DNA of 24,000 nucleotides from Candidatus Levybacteria bacterium RIFCSPLOWO2_12_FULL_39_17. GTDB lineage: Bacteria; Patescibacteriota; Microgenomatia; Levybacterales; GWA1-39-11. Of the stretch, positions 13,753 through 20,820 are shown one piece after another. The stretch lies in the NCBI GenBank assembly GCA_001782675.1, contig MFPJ01000020.1, positions 1-24,000 on the forward strand. The letters run 5' to 3'. The notes below the pieces were generated by a model. That model had not been told where the DNA came from and did not search any database. It saw only the letters and a program-made list of their open reading frames with translations. Both the position numbers and the translations under genes were made by a program. Position 1 is the first letter of the stretch. The number at the start of each line of letters is the position of its first letter.

Positions 13753-13875
13753 TTTCTCCTCCTATATATTTGAATATCTCTCGACAAGTGTCGGAGATCG
13801 CGCACCGTGCGCAGTTTCATCCCACGGTACGCGGTACCCGACACCTGAAGTAGAACCGCTTTTAGAGCGGTTAAT

Positions 13876-13913
13876 CCCACATTAACTTCCACGATCGTGA
13901 AGGTTTGTGTGGG
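13876..13913. repeat. 38-nt hairpin element, copy 1 (cccacattaacttccacgatcgtgaaggtttgtgtggg)
   Basis: Outer stem CCCACA/TGTGGG and palindromic core CCACGATCGTG. It matches copy 3 at 30 of 38 positions, with a compensatory C-G to T-A change in the outer stem. It lies ~125 nt upstream of island gene 1. Confidence 0.8.
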
Positions 13914-14015
13914 TTTTGCCTATTTAATTAAAAATTTATCCGTTTTTCGTCCTTTTCAGCCAGAGGCTGATCCGCCTTTGGCGGAAAAAAGCAGGACTAC
14001 GCAAACGAATAATTT

Positions 14016-14029
14016 TCCTGTATACCTTT
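14016..14029. repeat. Right arm of the 14-bp perfect inverted repeat (tcctgtataccttt)
   Basis: It is the reverse complement of 10709-10722 and sits at the GC-to-AT transition on the right side of the block. Confidence 0.6.
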
Positions 14030-14199
14030 TGTTAAAGAACAACCTAGCAACTAGATACTAGATAATAGCTACTAGTCATGCTTTTAGACTTGAGCTAGCC
14101 CTATGTCTATCGCTAGGAAAATTTCCTTCCTTAAGGTTATACATGTCATCGCGAAACAAAGATTCTTTGCTTCGCTCAGAATGACAATCACCTTTTAAG

Positions 14200-14265
14200 G
14201 TCGGGGAGAGTGGTTTCAGTGTTGTTTTGAATTGGGGCGGTTAGGGGTGTTTGGGGTTTTGGTGG
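14200..14265 (-). terminator. C-rich, G-poor (rut-like) tract on the minus-strand transcript downstream of the surface-protein gene; candidate Rho-dependent terminator
   Basis: The plus strand here has only 3 C in ~66 nt and four GGGG runs (14203, 14234, 14244, 14253). The minus-strand RNA would read CCACCAAAACCCCAAACACCCCUAACCGCCCCAAU... Confidence 0.35.
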
Positions 14266-14305
14266 ATTTATTAGCCTGAAACTGCTTTCTCCTGCCTCAA
14301 GGAGC

Positions 14306-14324
14306 AATCCCGCAAAGCGGGATT
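14306..14324. other. 19-nt palindrome AATCCCGCAAAGCGGGATT overlapping the surface-protein stop codon, followed by a second hairpin at 14289-14304
   Basis: Dyad of two perfectly complementary 8-nt arms around AAA. The adjacent hairpin CTCCT-gcctca-AGGAG is at 14289-14304. Confidence 0.6.
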
Positions 14325-15009
14325 AGCTTGCTTTTCTTCTAAGATAGATTCCTGCAAGTCCCGTAGGAATAAGCGCGACAAGACCTAAAAGTTCAGGACC
14401 CGTAGATGGAATTTGACTAACGGTTGGTTTCTGAAAAATCTGAGGAGTAGGAACCGCGACTATTCCTCTTTCAATACAAACCTGAGCATTATCTTCGGCT
14501 GTCGAACCATCCGGAGCCGTGGCTCTTACATTATTAACAGCACAAGCTATTGCCTGGTTTTGGGGCAAGCCTGCCGCGTCTGCCGCTTTGGCAGTTATAA
14601 CAAATTCCATTTTTTGCCCACGGTTTATCTTGCCGACCACAAAGCTTATTTGTTTGGCTCCGACACTGGCATTGCCCACTCCGGCAACAAAAGAAAGCTG
14701 ATCCGGAAAGGTATCTACAACATTAAGGTTTGTAATATCAGTAGTTCCCGTATTTTCGATCACAATTTTGAAATTTACATTCTGTCCGGGAGAAAGCCTT
14801 AGGTCATTAAGAGTCATATTTTCAAAAAACTCTCCGCCTTTTGTTAGTCTTTGTACCAGTTTATTTATGGTGAATTTAACTTGTTGAGGTGGACAAACTT
14901 CCCCGCCGCCGTAAATTATTTGACACTGACTTTGCCCTGCCGCACTGACAATCGGCGCGGCAACCAAAGGCGCGATTAAAAGACCAAAGAGAACAAATAA
15001 TTTTCTCAT
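14323..15009 (-). CDS. Cell-surface protein with a DUF11-like repeat domain and a C-terminal sortase-type sorting signal
   Basis: Track ORF 14323..15036. ATG 15009 gives the signal peptide MRKLFVLFGLLIAPLVAAPIVSA. The DUF11-like core is LSPGQNVNFKIVIENTGTTDITNLNVVDTFPDQLSFV. The C-terminus IPSTGPE + LLGLVALIPTGLAGIYL + RRKAS has the layout LPXTG-like motif, TM helix, basic tail. Confidence 0.85.
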   Translation of the reverse strand: MRKLFVLFGLLIAPLVAAPIVSAAGQSQCQIIYGGGEVCPPQQVKFTINKLVQRLTKGGEFFENMTLNDLRLSPGQNVNFKIVIENTGTTDITNLNVVDTFPDQLSFVAGVGNASVGAKQISFVVGKINRGQKMEFVITAKAADAAGLPQNQAIACAVNNVRATAPDGSTAEDNAQVCIERGIVAVPTPQIFQKPTVSQIPSTGPELLGLVALIPTGLAGIYLRRKAS

Positions 15010-15084
15010 AAATATATTTTTTTTAATTATTACCATTATTTTCTATCTTTTTAATTAAAGAAAAGTAAGATAATGGTAATATAA

Positions 15085-15103
15085 ATTCCGATTTAATCGG
15101 AAT
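15085..15103. promoter_or_regulatory. 19-nt palindrome ATTCCGATTTAATCGGAAT (CCGAT-N3-ATCGG family)
   Basis: Dyad of two perfectly complementary 9-nt arms around a central base. It lies in the 5' leader of the surface-protein gene, downstream of its putative -10. Confidence 0.55.
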
Positions 15104-15121
15104 AAATTAGCAATTTGGGCG

Positions 15122-15150
15122 ATTCTAACATAAACTAAAATACTTGTCAA
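15122..15150 (-). promoter_or_regulatory. Sigma70-like promoter for the surface-protein gene (TTGACA-17-TAGAAT)
   Basis: On the minus strand: TTGACA (15150-15145), a 17-nt spacer, then TAGAAT (15127-15122). It lies ~110 nt upstream of ATG 15009. Confidence 0.5.
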
Positions 15151-15212
15151 GCCTATAGTTCAGAAGCAAAATAAAATATGAAATATTAAATATAAAATAT
15201 TCCTTATTTTTG

Positions 15213-15231
15213 AATCCGATTAAATCGGATT
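15213..15231. promoter_or_regulatory. 19-nt palindrome AATCCGATTAAATCGGATT (CCGAT-N3-ATCGG family)
   Basis: Dyad of two perfectly complementary 9-nt arms around a central base, in the divergent intergenic region. Confidence 0.55.
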
Positions 15232-15372
15232 TGATTTTTATATTTGATCTTTTATTTTACTTTTAATCATATTGCTTTATAGTTAAGGATAGTATGATTG
15301 GGGGAAATAGGTAAATGGCTATATGGTTGAATGGTTTTAACCATTTGCGCTTCGGTTTCGGTTTCTCTCTTG

Positions 15373-15391
15373 ACCCCGATAAAATCGGGGT
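15373..15391. promoter_or_regulatory. 19-nt palindrome ACCCCGATAAAATCGGGGT (CCGAT-N3-ATCGG family)
   Basis: Dyad of two perfectly complementary 8-nt arms around AAA. Its last base is the first T of the putative rho -35 TTGACA. Confidence 0.55.
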
Positions 15392-15419
15392 TGACAAAGG
15401 AAGCAAAAGATGGTTAAAT
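15391..15419 (+). promoter_or_regulatory. Sigma70-like promoter upstream of rho (TTGACA-17-TTAAAT)
   Basis: TTGACA 15391-15396, a 17-nt spacer, then TTAAAT 15414-15419, giving a ~105-nt leader. The -10 is embedded in the palindrome ATGGTTAAATAACCAT (15410-15425). Confidence 0.45.
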
Positions 15420-15470
15420 AACCATGCTTCGGAATTCTTTCCTGTTTACGCAAGCAATTTCTCACGAATA

Positions 15471-15529
15471 TAGTTTTAATTTAGACTTTGAATTTTTAAC
15501 TTTGAATTTTTAACTTTTAACTTTCTATC
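15471..15529. repeat. A/T-rich heptad word module immediately upstream of rho
   Basis: Sequence tagttttaatttagactttgaatttttaactttgaatttttaacttttaactttctatc, followed directly by ATG 15530. Confidence 0.85.
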
Positions 15530-16816
15530 ATGCCTACAAAAAAGACCATAAAAGAAACTACGGTTGAAGAAATTATGCCTCAAGATGAAGCAGTTAAAGT
15601 ATCTGGGTCTGAACCGGCGCCTTCAAAGTACAGGCGCGCCGACTCCCGGGATTTTTCAAGGGATTATTCGGATGCCAGGCAGGACATGCCTGTTTCCGGC
15701 CCGCAAGAAAATACCGTGCCTGTTTCAGGGATTCTTGACATTCAGCATGAAGGGCATGGCTTTTTGCGCCCTAAATTCAGGGCTTCCGAGCGTGATATCT
15801 ACATTTCCGCTTCCCAAATAAGAAGATTTTGGCTTCGGCCCGGTGATTTTGTTGAGGGAATTGGTAGGCCGCCCAAAGACAACGAACGCTATTTTGGCCT
15901 CCTGAAAATTGAAAAGGTCAACGGAGAAGATCCTGAGAGCTCAATTAAACGGCTTCATTTTGATGATTTAACGCCTATTTATCCAAAAGAACAGATAAGG
16001 CTTGCGACAGGCAAACTACCTTTCTCAACACGGATAATTGACCTTATCTCACCAATAGGATTCGGGCAAAGAGGCATGATAGTTTCCCCCCCAAAGGCCG
16101 GAAAAACCACGATCATGAAGAATATAGCGGAAGGAATTTCAAGTAATTATCCAAAAGTTCACCTTATGGCAGTGTTAATTGGGGAGAGGCCCGAAGAGGT
16201 TACAGACATAAGCCGTTCGGTCAAAGGTGAGGTTGTAGCCTCGAATTTCGATGAATCCCCGGAGACCCAAACAACAATAGCCGAGATTGCCATGGAGCGC
16301 GCCAAGCGCTTAGTTGAGCGTGGCGTGAATGTAGTAATTCTTCTTGATTCAATCACGAGGCTTGCTCGTGCGTATAATCTTTCAATTGACCCCTCCGGCC
16401 GTACGCTCACCGGCGGATTTGATCCGGCAGCCTTATATCCTGCCAAAAAGTTCTTTGGCGCGGCCAGGAATTGTGAAGAGGGCGGCTCGCTCACGGTTAT
16501 TGGTACGGCCTTGGTTGATACGGGCTCCCGAATGGATGATCTTATCTTTGAAGAGTTCAAGGGGACGGGGAACATGGAGGTTCATCTGGACCGCAAGCTG
16601 GCTGATCGGCGAATATACCCGTCAATCAATGCTGAACGATCAGGCACAAGGGCAGAGGAGCTTTTATTTGATGATGAAACCCTAAAGAAGGTTGTGACTT
16701 TGAGAAGAATGCTCGATGTTTTAGGTCCGGACGAGAGGACAGAGGTTTTAATAGAGCGCCTCTCCAAAACCGAAGATAATCAAAAATTCCTCGCAACTTT
16801 TGGAAAGGGAGAATAA
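15530..16816 (+). CDS. rho: Transcription termination factor Rho
   Basis: GHGFLR RNA-binding region, Walker A PPKAGKT, then MAVLIGERPEEVTD and LLDSITRLARAYN. Full-length Rho architecture with an N-terminal extension. Confidence 0.95.
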   Translation: MPTKKTIKETTVEEIMPQDEAVKVSGSEPAPSKYRRADSRDFSRDYSDARQDMPVSGPQENTVPVSGILDIQHEGHGFLRPKFRASERDIYISASQIRRFWLRPGDFVEGIGRPPKDNERYFGLLKIEKVNGEDPESSIKRLHFDDLTPIYPKEQIRLATGKLPFSTRIIDLISPIGFGQRGMIVSPPKAGKTTIMKNIAEGISSNYPKVHLMAVLIGERPEEVTDISRSVKGEVVASNFDESPETQTTIAEIAMERAKRLVERGVNVVILLDSITRLARAYNLSIDPSGRTLTGGFDPAALYPAKKFFGAARNCEEGGSLTVIGTALVDTGSRMDDLIFEEFKGTGNMEVHLDRKLADRRIYPSINAERSGTRAEELLFDDETLKKVVTLRRMLDVLGPDERTEVLIERLSKTEDNQKFLATFGKGE

Positions 16817-16875
16817 ACCTGTTTGCTTTTGCTTCCCTTTTTTGGTAATCTACTACTTACTCCCTTTTCGGTTTT

Positions 16876-18012
16876 ATGAAAAAATTTCTGCCCGAACTGA
16901 GTCTTATGCTGTCAAAACTCACCGATCCCGACTTTTATAATTTGACGATCTCCGAATTCAGGCATTTTGTTTCTTTTCTGAAGATCTACTTTAAAGACAA
17001 AATCTTAATTTTCTCCGAAGGCTTTGAAGGGTCAAAAAATACCATGGTCAGAAGCGTTTTGATTAAGCGTGGGAAAAGAAACAGGCTTTTTCTTCACCTT
17101 GCCGCCATGGCTGTTTTGACAGCCGGCGCGATTGTTTCTCCCTTTATTTCAGACGCCAATTTTTTTGGAGAAAATCAAAACCTAACCTTTGCGCAAGGTA
17201 CAGATTCTTCAATCGCGACAGTCGATGTATTTAATACGGAAACAAGTGAAAAACCGAGGGACAAGATTATTACCTATCGGGTTCAGAATGGAGATACAAT
17301 CTCAACAATTGCTAAAAGATTCGGAATCTCGGAAGAAACGGTTAAATGGGCAAATGACTTGAGAAGCGACTCAATTACGGCAGGGGATGAGCTTGAAATA
17401 CTTCCTGTCACGGGAATGGCGCATAAGGTGATCCGTGGCGACACTGTTTATTCAATTGCCAAAAAATACGGGGCCCAAGCCCAGGCCATAGCTGATTTTC
17501 CCTTTAACGATTTCGCAAATCCCCAGACATTTTCCCTTGTTGAAGGCCAAATTTTGATTGTTCCCGAAGGAGTCAAGCCTGAAGAGGCGCCAAAAATCGT
17601 GAGAAGACAGTATATTGCATCAGGACCGGCTACCATTTTCTCCGGAGGGTTTACATGGCCGGTTAGAGGAACCATTAATCAAAGTTTCTCCTGGTACCAT
17701 AAAGCCCTGGACATTGGGGCGGAGCTTGGATCGCCGGTTATTGCAGGCCAATCAGGCGTAGCGTCTGAAGTCTTTAATGGGGGATGGAACGGCGGGTACG
17801 GAACGCATGTCATAATCTCCGGTGACAACGGCTATTCAACTCTATACGCGCACATGTCCGCAACGAATGTTGCGCCGGGTGATCCTGTGGTTGCCGGAAA
17901 AACCGTTATTGGATGGGTTGGTTTAACAGGAAGAACAACCGGTCCTCATCTTCACTGGGAGGTGCGCGGAGGCGCGCCGGGCTTTCTTAATCCTCTAACG
18001 GTAGTTCAGTAA
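16876..18012 (+). CDS. LysM-domain M23 family peptidoglycan endopeptidase
   Basis: N-terminal TM helix and two LysM repeats (YRVQNGDTISTIAKRFGIS..., HKVIRGDTVYSIAKKYGAQ...). M23 core HKALDIG...GGYGTHVII...YSTLYAHMS...GLTGRTTGPHLHWEV. Confidence 0.9.
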   Translation: MKKFLPELSLMLSKLTDPDFYNLTISEFRHFVSFLKIYFKDKILIFSEGFEGSKNTMVRSVLIKRGKRNRLFLHLAAMAVLTAGAIVSPFISDANFFGENQNLTFAQGTDSSIATVDVFNTETSEKPRDKIITYRVQNGDTISTIAKRFGISEETVKWANDLRSDSITAGDELEILPVTGMAHKVIRGDTVYSIAKKYGAQAQAIADFPFNDFANPQTFSLVEGQILIVPEGVKPEEAPKIVRRQYIASGPATIFSGGFTWPVRGTINQSFSWYHKALDIGAELGSPVIAGQSGVASEVFNGGWNGGYGTHVIISGDNGYSTLYAHMSATNVAPGDPVVAGKTVIGWVGLTGRTTGPHLHWEVRGGAPGFLNPLTVVQ

Positions 18013-18021
18013 GGTACAGTT

Positions 18022-18073
18022 GACCACTGACAACTGACATCTGACATCTGACTTTTGGTCAGTTGTCAATGGT
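18022..18073. terminator. Hairpin between convergent genes (16-position stem, 15 bp plus one C-A mismatch) built from tgaca/tgtca words
   Basis: 18023-18038 (accactgacaactgac) pairs with 18058-18073 (gtcagttgtcaatggt), with a 19-nt loop. It lies between the M23 stop (18012) and the ligase-like stop (18080). There is no clear U-tract. Confidence 0.5.
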
Positions 18074-18079
18074 TAGTTG

Positions 18080-20194
18080 TCAGTTGTTACTATTCGCTGA
18101 TCCTGTGGCTTGGTTTGTTTGCGGAGGAGGGGATATTTTAATTTGAGGTTTAATTGGAGGAATGTTTGTTGACGGAGAGGAGATTGATAAAGGAGTCTGT
18201 TCTGTTTCAGATTCAACTTTTTTGGCTGTTTTTTTAATTTCACCTATTTTTGCCTCAAGCGCCTTTATTTCCCCCTCAATTTTTTCAAGATTTTGCTTGT
18301 CCCCAGATGACAATTGTCTGACTATCTGATAATTAAGCAGGGCTTCTTCAAGCGCACCTTTCTCCTCCAAAACATGGCCCAAGTTATAATAAGCATTCGC
18401 GAAATCGCGCTTGAGATTTACAGCCACCTGAAACTGGTTCTGAGCCGGATCATACTGCTTCATCTGATAGTAAATGCCTCCAAGCTGGATATAAAGCAGC
18501 GGGTTATAAGGGTCAAGAGCAATTGCCTGGTTTTGCGAAGCAACCGCGAACTGCTCGGCATTCTGTCCAACATTAATCAGGGCCCGATATATCTGGGAAA
18601 GATTCTGCCAGTTTAAAGATGTTTGAGGGGAAAGAATTACAGCAGACCGGCCGCTGCCTATGCTTTGCTGAAGAAGCGCCAGGAAGTTTTGCTGTAGCTG
18701 AGTATTTTGGTTTTGGTCTTTCAAATTTTGAGCAAGCGAATTGGCAAGAGCAAGATTCATCTGGGAGAAAATTCTGTGATAGTCGCTTCTATAAGGAAAA
18801 TCCGAAATTGCGCGGGTCTGAAGATCATATGTCTTTTGAGCATTATTTAAAGATGCCTGGCGCAAAGATTCGGCAAACTTGATGTCAGATGAGGTGAACC
18901 TCAGAACCCAGAATCCAAAAAACCCTGTAAAAATAGCCACAAAAAGAATCACAACCGCGGGCAAAATTGGACTTTCTGCTCCGGCTTCACTATGGGAACC
19001 CTCCGACAACGCCTCAAATGAAAATAGTCCCTTTTTTGAGGCAACAAGTGTGAGCACTACATCATAAACTCTTTTATCTTCGCTTATATTAAGGTAAGAG
19101 ACATAAATTGCAAGAAGAATGAACAACTCAACTACTGCAATATATGCGAAAGGAAGAAGGAAGGATAATGCGAAAGATGCTATGGCAGCAGCAAAAAGAG
19201 GGTTTCGGGGCGCTCTCGTCTTAAAAAGAGAAACCAGAATAAAAATAAAAGAGAGTGCTCCAAGAATTCCTACTGTAGCAATCAATTCAAGGAAATATGA
19301 AGAGGAAAATGAAAAGGTCAGATTCCAGATGTTTTGCTCAAGATTAAAAGATGGTGGTTTGAATCGTGTAAAATCCACGAGATATGTCCCGTAACCTGAG
19401 CCAAAAAGAAGGGAAACTATAAATCTTTGGGCTTCCTGGCTTATCGCGGCAGCCGCGGTTTGAAAGCCATATATATAAGGAAGAACAATCGGCTTATTTG
19501 GCAAAGCTATGATTTGATAAGCAATGAGAATAAGCCCGGCCAAAATCGTTACTCCGGAAAGCAATTGGACAAAGAAGCCAAAATCGGTTTTTAAATCTTG
19601 CCCGAATTTTACTCTTGGGAATCCTATCTTTTGCAAAAGGTAGAAGAGGGATATGACAAAAACCGGAATTAAAAAAATAAGCTGTTGAGTAATTGACCCA
19701 AAGGTATTGAAAAATTGATTTTGGAGGCTCGCAAAAGGGAGAAAGTAGAATTTGAAGTAATAAGCAATTGTAACAATAGAGGAGAGGGCGGCGCCCAGAA
19801 CAAAAGCGGACAAGACAATTGAGAAAGATTTTCTCTCACGAATATTATTTACAAGTGATAAGAAAAAAAGAACTGCAAAAAATACAGGCACTACTTGAAT
19901 CAAAGCGTCAAACCTGTTTTTGGATAAAATTGATGAAACCAGAATGGTTATTGCAAAAACAGCAATTGGCAAGTTGAGAGGACTTGCATTTAGGATAATT
20001 TTTCTTGCTAAAAGAACTTTTACTCCCCAGAGAATTATTAAAATAAGTGTTGCCCCAATTATTAAAAGCTGTTTTGGAATAATGAAAAAGTCTGTTGTGT
20101 TGAGAAGAAAAAATAAGGGAAGAAAAAATAAAGTGAGAGAAATAATAAATGTTGAGATAGTGTCAATGTAGGAAACAGTGTCTTTCTCGAGCAT
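18080..20194 (-). CDS. O-antigen ligase (Wzy_C)-like polytopic membrane protein with a C-terminal TPR domain
   Basis: 704 aa with more than 10 TM helices, including the Wzy_C-like segment SSSYFLELIATVGILGALSFIF. The C-terminal TPR repeats include AIALDPYNPLLYIQLGGIYYQMKQYDPAQNQFQVAVNLKRDFANAYYNLGHVLEEKGALEEAL. Confidence 0.85.
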   Translation of the reverse strand: MLEKDTVSYIDTISTFIISLTLFFLPLFFLLNTTDFFIIPKQLLIIGATLILIILWGVKVLLARKIILNASPLNLPIAVFAITILVSSILSKNRFDALIQVVPVFFAVLFFLSLVNNIRERKSFSIVLSAFVLGAALSSIVTIAYYFKFYFLPFASLQNQFFNTFGSITQQLIFLIPVFVISLFYLLQKIGFPRVKFGQDLKTDFGFFVQLLSGVTILAGLILIAYQIIALPNKPIVLPYIYGFQTAAAAISQEAQRFIVSLLFGSGYGTYLVDFTRFKPPSFNLEQNIWNLTFSFSSSYFLELIATVGILGALSFIFILVSLFKTRAPRNPLFAAAIASFALSFLLPFAYIAVVELFILLAIYVSYLNISEDKRVYDVVLTLVASKKGLFSFEALSEGSHSEAGAESPILPAVVILFVAIFTGFFGFWVLRFTSSDIKFAESLRQASLNNAQKTYDLQTRAISDFPYRSDYHRIFSQMNLALANSLAQNLKDQNQNTQLQQNFLALLQQSIGSGRSAVILSPQTSLNWQNLSQIYRALINVGQNAEQFAVASQNQAIALDPYNPLLYIQLGGIYYQMKQYDPAQNQFQVAVNLKRDFANAYYNLGHVLEEKGALEEALLNYQIVRQLSSGDKQNLEKIEGEIKALEAKIGEIKKTAKKVESETEQTPLSISSPSTNIPPIKPQIKISPPPQTNQATGSANSNN

Positions 20195-20244
20195 AACATG
20201 TCTACTTTAAGCAATACGAAATATAATGTCAAGTATAAAATTTA

Positions 20245-20284
20245 ACATTACATAAAACTCCACGATCGTGGACTTTAATGTAAT
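20245..20284. repeat. Hairpin element, copy 2 (acattacataaaactccacgatcgtggactttaatgtaat)
   Basis: Core TCCACGATCGTGGA (20259-20272) and outer stem ATTACAT/ATGTAAT. It lies 24-63 nt upstream of the PaaX-like start codon. Confidence 0.75.
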
Positions 20285-20307
20285 TTTATGGTACCGTTTA
20301 AATAAGT

Positions 20308-20820
20308 ATGAAGGTTAGAAAGGGAAGTTTAGGTTACTGGGTCCTTCTGTCTTTAGAGGGGATGGTTGAAGGTCTTGAGGCTTTTTCGTATTCTGGCCAG
20401 ATGAGATCTATGCTTAATTTGCCTTCTAATGCGAAGCAATCCTCATTGGCGCAAGCAATTAGAAGACTAAGAAGAAATGGGCTTATTGAGCAGGAGATGG
20501 ATGAGCAGGGAAAAACAATTTTAAAACTTAGCGAGCTAGGCAAAGATTTTCTGGGGAGAAAAGAGGCTTGGGACGGTAGGTATAGAATTATCATATGGGA
20601 CATTCCGGAAAAGAAAAGAAGGATTAGGGATCTTTTTAGGAGGCGACTTAGGGATTGGGGGTTTAAGTCTTGGCAGAGAAGTGTTTGGGTGTCTAAGCAA
20701 AATGTGACAGATAAGCTTCGTAAGTTAATAAAAGATTTGGATATTGAAAGTTGGGTAGCAGTTATTGAATCTGACGATTCATCTTTGTCCTACATAAACT
20801 TCCACGATCGTGGAAAATAG
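20308..20820 (+). CDS. PaaX-like (winged-helix plus Cas2/VapD-like fold) putative transcriptional regulator
   Basis: 170 aa. The N-terminal region is wHTH-like (SSLAQAIRRLRRNGLIEQ). WDGRYRIIIWDIPEKKRRIRDLFRRRLRDWGFKSWQRSVWVS matches the PaaX-family central motif. The call is by pattern recognition only. Confidence 0.7.
   Translation: MKVRKGSLGYWVLLSLEGMVEGLEAFSYSGQMRSMLNLPSNAKQSSLAQAIRRLRRNGLIEQEMDEQGKTILKLSELGKDFLGRKEAWDGRYRIIIWDIPEKKRRIRDLFRRRLRDWGFKSWQRSVWVSKQNVTDKLRKLIKDLDIESWVAVIESDDSSLSYINFHDRGK

Noticed and set aside
13788-13913. Group II intron, retron msr/msd or riboswitch interpretation of the stem-rich leader (GTGTCGG...CCGACAC at 13788-13844 enclosing two small hairpins; AACCGCT...AGCGGTT at 13854-13872)
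   Set aside because: There is no RT ORF, no GUGYG 5' end or domain V consensus, and no match to any riboswitch core I can recall. It is recorded only as structured leader DNA within the island finding.
4626-14298. Apparent recurrence of the CCTGCC(T)/GGCAGG motif in hairpin loops and GC cores
   Set aside because: About a dozen occurrences of a 6-mer on both strands in 24 kb matches the random expectation (~12). This is not demonstrably enriched without a genome-wide count.
5327-15352. Shared 14-mer aaccatttgcgctt (5327-5340 and 15339-15352)
   Set aside because: The expected number of chance 14-mer matches in a 24-kb window (both strands) is of order 1-2. There is no extended similarity beyond the 14 nt.
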